DNA from: Actinomycetota bacterium
GTDB taxonomy: Bacteria > Actinomycetota > Acidimicrobiia > Acidimicrobiales > SZUA-35
Assembly: GCA_039195375.1 (NCBI GenBank)
Contig: JBCCVL010000004.1
Location: 8,173-72,172, forward strand
Direction of reading: 5' to 3'
DNA length: 64,000 nt
Position numbers and translations under genes: made by a program. Below are positions 47,332-54,515 of this stretch, one piece after another. The notes beneath the pieces were generated by a model. The model did no database searches. It worked only from the letters and a program-made list of their open reading frames with translations, and was not told where the DNA came from. The first letter of the stretch is position 1, and every line of letters begins with the position of its first letter.

Positions 47332-47942
47332 TGGCCCGATCCCTGCTCGACCTGCACGACGCCGACGACGGCGGCACCATCGATGATCGCGAGAATCGGG
47401 TTGGCCGACTGGCCGCCGCTGCCTTGGCGGCGGCGGTTTCGGCGTTGATCATCGGTTCGCTCGTGGTGACGTTCAGCGACCGGGCGCTCGGGCCGGACGG
47501 CACGGTCGCGGCGGCCACGGTCACGTCGGGCACGATCTCGCTGGTCGACGACGACCAGGGGCGGTCGTTGTTCGACCTCGCCGACATGGCCCCCGGGCGT
47601 CCCGTCGTCCATTGCATCGAGCTGGTCTACGACGGCACGATCGTGCCCGTCGACCTGGCCATGCGGGCCGAGGCGTCCGGCGACCTGACCCGCTTCCTCG
47701 ACGTCGCCGTCGAGTCGGGCAAGGGCGGCGGCTTCGATGACTGCAGCGGTTTCGAGTCGACCGGCCAGGTCTACGGCGGGACGCTGGCCGAGCTCGCCGC
47801 CTCGGGGTGGCTCGATCTCGGGACGCTGGTCAATGCGGGCCAGCGCAGTAGCTACCGGATCTCGTTCGAGCTCCAGGATCGCCAGGAGGCACTCGGCCGC
47901 GCCGCCAACGCCTCGTTCGTCTGGGAGGTGACGCCGACATGA
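47331..47942 (+). CDS. TasA/camelysin-like protein 2
   Basis: TGATG junction. ...LVVTFSDRAL...ATVTSGTISL..., MAPGRPVVHCIELVYDG, and a C-terminal SFVWEVTP. Two Cys. Confidence 0.6.
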   Translation: MARSLLDLHDADDGGTIDDRENRVGRLAAAALAAAVSALIIGSLVVTFSDRALGPDGTVAAATVTSGTISLVDDDQGRSLFDLADMAPGRPVVHCIELVYDGTIVPVDLAMRAEASGDLTRFLDVAVESGKGGGFDDCSGFESTGQVYGGTLAELAASGWLDLGTLVNAGQRSSYRISFELQDRQEALGRAANASFVWEVTPT

Positions 47943-48721
47943 CCGAAACGACCGACACCAGCGGCAGGGGGCCGGACCCCGGGCCGATACGCGACGGGCG
48001 GGACACCCCCTCGGGCTCCGGCCCGACAGCCGGTCCGACCGCCGACCCGACGGCCGCGGCCGGCGATCGTCGACGCGTTGCGCTCCTCGTCGCCGCCTCG
48101 GTGGTGGTGGCGCTGCTCGGCGTGTCCGTCCCCGTCGGTGTCGCCCTGGTGAGCCGCAGCTCGTCGGCAAGCTTCGCCGATCGGGAGGTCCTGGCCACGA
48201 ACCGCCTCGGCGCTGCCACCCTCGACCTCCAGGTCGACGGCGGGTCGTCGAACTCCCCGCTCGTCGAGCTCGGCGAGGGTCCGCAGGCGATCGACGAGGA
48301 CACGAGCAACGCGGTGTTCGTCGCCACCAACCTCGCGCCCGGCGATCGTGTGTCCGGCCACCTGGAGATGACCAACCGGGGTGACCTCCCGTTGCGGTAC
48401 GGCCTCCAGGCGGTCAGTTCCGACGGGATGCTCGCCGAGTGGCTGCGGTTCGAGGCGTGGGTCGGGAGCGGAATCTGCTCGCCGGACCAGGCCGGACCCC
48501 GGTTGGTGAGCGAGGCCAGGGTCTCCGCCGAGCCGGCGGTCCTGCTGCCGCTCGCCACACCGGCGGGAGCGACCCCGCTGAACGTGTTGGAGCCCGGCGA
48601 GTCGACCCTGTGGTGCCTCGGCGCCACGCTGTTGCTGGAGACCCCGAACGAGGCCCAGGGTCAGGCGCTCGACGTGACCCTCTTCGTGCCGATCGAGCAG
48701 GTCGTCGAGGTCGGGCCGTGA
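47939..48721 (+). CDS. TasA/camelysin-like protein 3
   Basis: ATGA overlap. ...SSSASFADREVLATNRLGAATLDL..., NLAPGDRVSGHLEMTNRGDLPLRY. Two Cys. Confidence 0.65.
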   Translation: MTETTDTSGRGPDPGPIRDGRDTPSGSGPTAGPTADPTAAAGDRRRVALLVAASVVVALLGVSVPVGVALVSRSSSASFADREVLATNRLGAATLDLQVDGGSSNSPLVELGEGPQAIDEDTSNAVFVATNLAPGDRVSGHLEMTNRGDLPLRYGLQAVSSDGMLAEWLRFEAWVGSGICSPDQAGPRLVSEARVSAEPAVLLPLATPAGATPLNVLEPGESTLWCLGATLLLETPNEAQGQALDVTLFVPIEQVVEVGP

Positions 48722-51700
48722 CCGGCGCCGACGAGCTCGCCTCGCCTCCACCGGTGTCTCGCCGAGCCCGGATCACCGGGATCCTGGTCACGACCACATC
48801 GCTTGTCGTCCTCGGGCTGGTCGGGGTGGTCGTCGGTGGGCTCCTGGCCGGCTATCGCCCGGTCGTGATCCTGACCGGCAGCATGGGCGACACCGCTCCT
48901 CCCGGGTCGCTGGTCGTCGCCGCACCGGTCGACGGCGACGCCGTGGCCACCGGTGACATCCTCGTGATGCGCCGACCGGACGCAGCGACCGTCACCCACC
49001 GGGTGATCGAGATCGAATCCGCCGGCGCCGACCGTTTCGCCATCACCCGGGGCGACGCCAACGAGGCACCGGACGCCGCCCCGTACCCCTTGACCGGTGA
49101 CCAGCTGGTCGGCCGGTTCGCCGTCCCACGACTGGGCGAGCTGGCCCTCACCGTGTTCCAGCCCGGTCTGGTCTTCGCCCTGGTCGGCCTGGCCACGTTC
49201 GTGTTCGCCCTTGGGGCGCTGCGTCGGATCTGGGCCGGACCGGATCTGCCCGCCGACCTCGACCCCGACGTCGACCCCGACCCTGACGTCGATCCCGAGT
49301 ACGAGCACGGCGCCGGCGTCGACCCCGGGCTGCACCACGACGAGACCGGGTCCGGTACCCACGATCGGGGTGGGGCGGCCCCCGCGCCCCGGCGGGGGCG
49401 TCGCAAGCTTGCCCTGTTCGTCGTGCCGGTCGTGCTCGCCGGCAGCGCCGGGGTGGCGTGGGCGCTGGCCCAGGCCACCGCCCCGGTCGACGCCAACACC
49501 TTCGGCACCGCCCAGTGCTTCGACCCCGAGCTCCACTCGGTCCAGCAGGGCGAGACCGTCCATTCGATCAGCGGCACGATCAACGTGCCGATCGCGGCCG
49601 TCGACCCGACCACGTCGTTTGTCGTCGCATCGCTCCGCAGCAACGCCTCCGACCCGGCCGACTCGATGGTCCAGGTCGAGCTCGGCGGCGGGGGCACGAC
49701 CGTCGACCTGGTCAGGGCCACCGATGCCGGCTCGCCTCCGCCGGTGGTCGTGAACTGGTCGGTCGTCTCCTACGCCTGCGGCGTCACCGTGCAGCGGGGC
49801 TCGCTCAACGGCGATGGCACCGCCCAGCTCGACACGGCGATCACCGCCGTCGACCCGGGCTCGTCGTTCGTGCTGGTCAGCTCCGCCCCCGACTCGACCG
49901 CCTCGAGCTACGCCGGCAACGACCTGTTCGTCGGCGAGTTGGCCGACCCGTCGACGGTCCGGATCCGGGCCACCGGCTCGACGTTCCCGACCGGCCAGAG
50001 CTTCGCCTGGCAGGTGGTCGAGTTCGACGACTCCGCCGATGCCACCGTTCAGACGATCTCCGCCACCCTCGGCCTCGGCGTCACCTCGACGACGGCGACG
50101 ATCCCGAGCCCGGCCGACCCGGACACCACGCTGCTGCTGGCATCCGCCCTCTCGGCCGCTTCGGGGGCCGACATCGGCGAGCGGCTGATCCGGACCCATC
50201 TGGTCGACGCCACGACGGTGGCCGTCGACCGGGCCGTCGGCGGCGACCCCGTCGAGGTCCGCATCCAGGTCGTGACTCTGGCCGACGGCTCGATCGTGCG
50301 CCACGGGACCGTCGACCTGGCCGCGGCCCAACCGGCGGCCACCGTCACGATCGACGCCGTCGACCCCGGCCGGGCCGTCGCCTTCTCGACCGTGGCCCAG
50401 CCCGGCGTCCCAGCCGGCGGCCTCAGCGACCACGTGGCCGACGACGTGCCCGGCGAGGCCAGCGCCACCTTCGACGTGACCGACCCGACCACCGTGTCGA
50501 TCACCCGCGATGCGTCGTCCTCCAACGCCTCCTTCGGCTGGCAGGTGGTCGAGTGGGCCGGGCCCCGCTGGTGGGACAGCGCCTACAGCTTCCGGCAGCG
50601 CATCGACGTCGTCACCTCGGCAACCGCTGCTCCCGACGCCTACACCGTGCCTCTCGTCCTCGACCACGCCTCGCTGGTCGGCTCGGGCCTGGCCCAGGGG
50701 AGCGGTGACGACCTGCGGGTCCTGCGGTGGGACGGCACGGCCTGGGCCGAGCTCGACCGCGTGCTCGAGGACGGCTCCGCCTGGAACCGGGCCGACACCG
50801 AGCTCTGGTTCCGCACCACCGACCCGATCGCCGCCGACACCACCAACACCTACTGGCTGTACTTCGGCAACGGGGCCGCCGGCACCGCCCCCGCCGACCC
50901 CGAGGCGGTGTTCCTGCTCACGGAGGACTTCGACGCCGGGACGCTCGGCGACTTCGAGGACCGGACCGGCGGCACCGGCTGGTATCAAGCCATGCCGTGG
51001 ACCCGCCGGATCCCGGTCACCGTCGCCGCCGGCACCGCCAGCGCTGACCTCACCGACTTCCCGCTGCTCGTCTCGCTGACCTCGGCCGACCTTGCGGCCA
51101 ACGCCAACGGCGACGGGAGCGACATCCGCTTCACGTCCGCAGACGGGGTCACCCCCCTCGCCCACGAGATCGAGTCGTACGATGACGGCACCGGGGCTCT
51201 CGCCGCCTGGGTTCGGGTGCCGACGGTCAGCGCCGGTTCGGCCACGACGGTGTACCTCTACTACGGCGCGAGCGACGCCCCGGCCCAGCAGGACGTCCGG
51301 GGCACCTGGCCAGAGGAGATCCGGGCCGCCTGGCACCTGGCTCGCGACCCGTCCGGCTCTGCCCCCCAGCTCGACGACTCGACGCCGTTCAACAACGACG
51401 GCCTCAGTTCCGGGGCCATGACCTCCGGTGACCTCGTCAACGGGGCGGCCGGACCGGCGGTCGACCTCGACGGCGGCGACGACCACCTCCGAGCCGCGCC
51501 GTTCGACGTCGCCGGTGCCGGCGGGCTCACCGTCTCGGCCCTGGTCCGGCTCGACGCCCTGCCGGCCGGCGAAGGCCGGGTCGTGGCCAAGGCCGCCGAC
51601 GGCTCGACCAGGATCGTCGAATTGGCGATCACCGCCGCCGGCGATCTGGTCGGTCGGCTCTCGCTCGACGGGTCCGAATCCCAGCTCACCGCTGGCACGG

Positions 51701-52365
51701 TTTCGACCGGTGTGTGGCGCCACCTGGCCATGACCTGGGACGGCACGACCCAACGGCTGTTCGTCGACGGTGTCGAGGTCGGCTCACAGCCGGCCAGCGG
51801 GGCCATCGACGCCGCAGCCACGATGCCGATCACGATCGGTGACCTGGTCACCGGCGGCGGTGCGATCGACGGTGCCGTCGACGAGGTCCGGATCGAGACG
51901 GTGGCCCGGTCGGCTGCCTGGCTGGCCGCGACCCAGGCCAACCAGCGGACCCCCGGCTCGTTCCTGTCGATCGGCGCAACCGAGGGTGGCTCCTGGTTCG
52001 ACCAGGGCACCTGGTCGTACCGCAAGCCGATCCGGGTCGAATCGGACCTCATCACCGCCGACCAGTCGGCCTACCCGCTGCTGGTCCAGGTGACCGACGC
52101 CGAGCTGTCGGCCGCAGCCACCGTCAACGGTCGCGATCTCGTGTTCACCGCCGCCGACGGCACCACCAGGCTCGACCACACCGTCGAGTCGTGGGACCGG
52201 GGCTCGGGGGCGCTGACCGCCTGGGTGCTGCTGCCGACGCTGTCGTCGAGCACCGACACCGAGCTGTTCCTCTACTACGGGAACGCCTCCGCCGCAGCCC
52301 AGGAGGACCCCACCGCCGTGTTCGGGCCCGAGGCCGACCTGGTCCTCACCGGGGCCGACTCATGA
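48718..52365 (+). CDS. Second SipW-type signal peptidase fused, through an internal SipW-type signal peptide, to a large beta-sandwich / DUF2341 / LamG passenger
   Basis: GTGA overlap. Peptidase: LTGSMGDT, VTHRVIEI, TRGDANEAPD. TM2, a DP-repeat linker, then RRGRRKLALFVVPVVLAGSAGVAWALAQATAPVDANTFGTA. Three W-x-V-V-E repeats follow. Three DUF2341-like units (W.YR..I.V ... DIRF/DLVF ... LYYGN) flank a LamG-like block (VWRHLAMTWDG...LFVDG). Confidence 0.8.
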   Translation: MTGADELASPPPVSRRARITGILVTTTSLVVLGLVGVVVGGLLAGYRPVVILTGSMGDTAPPGSLVVAAPVDGDAVATGDILVMRRPDAATVTHRVIEIESAGADRFAITRGDANEAPDAAPYPLTGDQLVGRFAVPRLGELALTVFQPGLVFALVGLATFVFALGALRRIWAGPDLPADLDPDVDPDPDVDPEYEHGAGVDPGLHHDETGSGTHDRGGAAPAPRRGRRKLALFVVPVVLAGSAGVAWALAQATAPVDANTFGTAQCFDPELHSVQQGETVHSISGTINVPIAAVDPTTSFVVASLRSNASDPADSMVQVELGGGGTTVDLVRATDAGSPPPVVVNWSVVSYACGVTVQRGSLNGDGTAQLDTAITAVDPGSSFVLVSSAPDSTASSYAGNDLFVGELADPSTVRIRATGSTFPTGQSFAWQVVEFDDSADATVQTISATLGLGVTSTTATIPSPADPDTTLLLASALSAASGADIGERLIRTHLVDATTVAVDRAVGGDPVEVRIQVVTLADGSIVRHGTVDLAAAQPAATVTIDAVDPGRAVAFSTVAQPGVPAGGLSDHVADDVPGEASATFDVTDPTTVSITRDASSSNASFGWQVVEWAGPRWWDSAYSFRQRIDVVTSATAAPDAYTVPLVLDHASLVGSGLAQGSGDDLRVLRWDGTAWAELDRVLEDGSAWNRADTELWFRTTDPIAADTTNTYWLYFGNGAAGTAPADPEAVFLLTEDFDAGTLGDFEDRTGGTGWYQAMPWTRRIPVTVAAGTASADLTDFPLLVSLTSADLAANANGDGSDIRFTSADGVTPLAHEIESYDDGTGALAAWVRVPTVSAGSATTVYLYYGASDAPAQQDVRGTWPEEIRAAWHLARDPSGSAPQLDDSTPFNNDGLSSGAMTSGDLVNGAAGPAVDLDGGDDHLRAAPFDVAGAGGLTVSALVRLDALPAGEGRVVAKAADGSTRIVELAITAAGDLVGRLSLDGSESQLTAGTVSTGVWRHLAMTWDGTTQRLFVDGVEVGSQPASGAIDAAATMPITIGDLVTGGGAIDGAVDEVRIETVARSAAWLAATQANQRTPGSFLSIGATEGGSWFDQGTWSYRKPIRVESDLITADQSAYPLLVQVTDAELSAAATVNGRDLVFTAADGTTRLDHTVESWDRGSGALTAWVLLPTLSSSTDTELFLYYGNASAAAQEDPTAVFGPEADLVLTGADS

Positions 52366-52387
52366 CCGGCGGCACCGCGCCGATGCT

Positions 52388-52402
52388 GTGGCCAGTGGCC
52401 AC
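52388..52402. promoter_or_regulatory. Perfect 7-1-7 palindrome in the only intergenic gap of the operon
   Basis: GTGGCCA g TGGCCAC, 43 nt upstream of the ATG of TasA-like gene 4. Confidence 0.25.
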
Positions 52403-52444
52403 CCGATCCGCGCCGGCCACGACGCCGGTGCAGAAAGGCACGAC

Positions 52445-53068
52445 ATGTCCACCTCCCCTCAGGCCCCCTCCAGGCGGGCGCCGGCTCGGCGCCGGGGCAA
52501 CGGTGCCCGCATGCTGGCCAGTGTCGCCGTGCTTGCCCTCGCCGGCGGTGTGTTCACCGTGTCGTCGCTCGCGTTGTTCACCGACTCCGAGGACGTGTCC
52601 GGCAACGCCTTCACCACCGGAACGGTCGACCTGACCGCCACCCCGGCCACCGCCGTGGTGACGGCGGCAAACATGGCTCCTGGTGACCAGGTGACCAATC
52701 CGCTCGACGTCGCCAACTCGGGCACGCTCGAGCTTCGTTACTCGATGGCGTCGGCCACCACCGAGGACGTCCTGGCGGCCGAGTTGGTGCTCACCGTCAA
52801 GGAGGGGGTCACCACGTGTGACGACTCGAACTGGAGCGCCGACGGGACCACCCTCTACTCGGGGCCGCTCGGCTCGACCGGAGGCACGCCCGTCATCGGC
52901 GACCCGACGCAGGGATCGCAGGCCGGTGATCGGGTGCTGGCCGCCGGGGCCGACGAGACGCTCTGCTTCAACGTGACGCTGCCCCTGTCGGCCGGGAGCA
53001 ACGCCGAGGGCCAGTCGACGTCGGCCACGTTCACCTTCGAAGGCGAGCAGACCGCCAACAACCCGTAG
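52445..53068 (+). CDS. TasA/camelysin-like protein 4 (the most canonical SipW-type signal)
   Basis: ...VSSLALFTDSEDVSGNAFTTGTVDL..., NMAPGDQVTNPLDVANSGTLELRY, and a C-terminal ATFTFEGEQ. Two Cys. Confidence 0.75.
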   Translation: MSTSPQAPSRRAPARRRGNGARMLASVAVLALAGGVFTVSSLALFTDSEDVSGNAFTTGTVDLTATPATAVVTAANMAPGDQVTNPLDVANSGTLELRYSMASATTEDVLAAELVLTVKEGVTTCDDSNWSADGTTLYSGPLGSTGGTPVIGDPTQGSQAGDRVLAAGADETLCFNVTLPLSAGSNAEGQSTSATFTFEGEQTANNP

Positions 53069-53125
53069 CCGGGCGGCTCATCTCGACCGGTGACGTCGGG
53101 GTCACGGGACCAGCTGCGCTCGTGC

Positions 53126-54271
53126 TCAGGGCCTGGCGTCGAAGGCGACCCGCTCGTCTGAGATCGCCCGCAGCTCCCGATGGTGCTCGGCCAGTTCGCC
53201 CATGGCGGCGGTGATGTCGTCGATCGTCGAGACCGTGTCGGCCACCTGACCGCCGATCCGGCGTAGCGTGTCGGCGATCTCGGTCCCACTGGCTGCGGAC
53301 TGGCGGGCCAGCTCCTGGACCTCGTTGGCGACCACGGCGAAACCTCGACCGGCCTCACCGGCCCTGGCCGCCTCGATGGTTGCATTGAGGGCCAACAGGT
53401 TGGTCTGGGCTGCGATCTCTTGGATGACATCGCTGGCGGCCATGATCCCGGTGCTGGTGGCTTCGAGCTCTCCGATGGCACCGGAGGCGGCCTGGGTCCG
53501 CTCGTTGACCCGGGACACGATCTCCTCGCCGGTCTGGGCGGCCTCGACCATCCGGTCCTGGAGGCGGATCCGCTCCTGGAGCTCGGCTGCGGCCAGGTCC
53601 AGGCGCTCCCGCTCCGCCTCCTCGGCCGCGGCCGCCGCTTCGGCCTCGGCCTGCCTGGCCTGCTCGTCGGCCAGCGACCTGGCGGCGGCGGCCTCGATCT
53701 CGGCCTCCCGTGCCTTCTCCAGCATCTCGGCTCGGGCGGCGGCCGATGCCTGCTCGTTGGCGACCGCCTCCTCGGCCATCTCCTCGAGCCGCCGTCGCTG
53801 CCAGGCGGCGACGAGGCTGATGAACGACACCAGCAGCCACGAGCTGGCGAACAGCGGGATCGCCTCGAGCAGCGGCTTGGTGAGGAGCTGGGGGACGAGC
53901 AGCGGGGCGGCGACACCACCGATGCAGGCGTACACGTGGTTGCGGGGCAGGACCATGCCAACCCAGAGCATCGTCAGGCCCATGCCGGCACCGAGTCCGG
54001 GGTCGGCGTCGGGGTTGAGGTACTGCACGACCGTGACCAGGGCGAACGCCAGCCACGCCTGGGCTGCTGCAATCCCGGTCGACACGGTCTGCCGTTCGGC
54101 CACCGCGAGCGACACGCCGACGGCGGCGATGATGCCGGCGACCCCGAGCGAGGCCGTTCTCGGATAGCCCTCGGTGCTCATCGAGCCGAGGGCGATGGCG
54201 ACCGCAGCCGCCATCCACGTTCGTGACAGGAACGAGGTCGACATGAGGAGGTCGTCTGATCGGTGCTCCAC
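53126..54271 (-). CDS. Polytopic membrane protein with a short methyl-accepting-chemotaxis-type signalling domain (no HAMP seen)
   Basis: About 6 N-terminal TM segments and an Ala/Glu coiled coil. MCP hairpin tip [40 protein letters not shown]. Start is GTG 54271 or ATG 54244. Confidence 0.7.
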   Translation of the reverse strand: MEHRSDDLLMSTSFLSRTWMAAAVAIALGSMSTEGYPRTASLGVAGIIAAVGVSLAVAERQTVSTGIAAAQAWLAFALVTVVQYLNPDADPGLGAGMGLTMLWVGMVLPRNHVYACIGGVAAPLLVPQLLTKPLLEAIPLFASSWLLVSFISLVAAWQRRRLEEMAEEAVANEQASAAARAEMLEKAREAEIEAAAARSLADEQARQAEAEAAAAAEEAERERLDLAAAELQERIRLQDRMVEAAQTGEEIVSRVNERTQAASGAIGELEATSTGIMAASDVIQEIAAQTNLLALNATIEAARAGEAGRGFAVVANEVQELARQSAASGTEIADTLRRIGGQVADTVSTIDDITAAMGELAEHHRELRAISDERVAFDARP

Positions 54272-54437
54272 GCCGATCCCATCGGCCCAGGTCCCCTGGT
54301 CCTGAGGACTCAGGCGGGTCCCGCTCGGCTGCGACCCGACTCAGTTCCGGGCCGGCTCCGCCGACGGGATGGGGTGCGGCCCGTCCAGCGCGGGCCTGTC
54401 GCCGATCAGCGAGAGCAGCAGCGAAGGAGGTACGGCG

Positions 54438-54515
54438 ATGTCGACATCCGGTGGTCCGGCAGCGGACACCGATCGATCACCGGCCGCCGGACCGCGCTCT
54501 CGCTCCGGATGGTGA
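54438..54515 (+). CDS. 25-codon upstream ORF with the strongest SD in the region, overlapping the start of the giant ORF
   Basis: GAAGGAGG (54423-54430), 7 nt, then ATG 54438. Peptide MSTSGGPAADTDRSPAAGPRSRSGW. Its stop TGA 54513-54515 overlaps ATG 54509 and GTG 54512 of the giant ORF (GTGA). Confidence 0.35.
   Translation: MSTSGGPAADTDRSPAAGPRSRSGW

Noticed and set aside
9734-51753. Other long ORFs overlapping confidently called genes, for example 9734..11629(-), 15599..17278(-), 17533..19359(-), 20919..23189(-), 23190..24410(-), 24759..26201(-), 25606..27306(-), 31064..32989(-), 34319..35875(-), 37430..38884(-), 38491..40086(-), 41748..43121(-), 48661..51753(-), 40181..42751(+)
   Set aside because: Each overlaps a gene that has clear catalytic or domain motifs. 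Their translations are Arg/Gly/Pro/Ala-rich low-complexity sequence, as expected for off-frame or antisense reading of 70% GC DNA.
53069-53125. Terminator hairpin between the convergent TasA-like 4 and MCP-like genes
   Set aside because: Only a 5-bp GTGAC/GTCAC stem with flanking mismatches is present, which is too weak to call.
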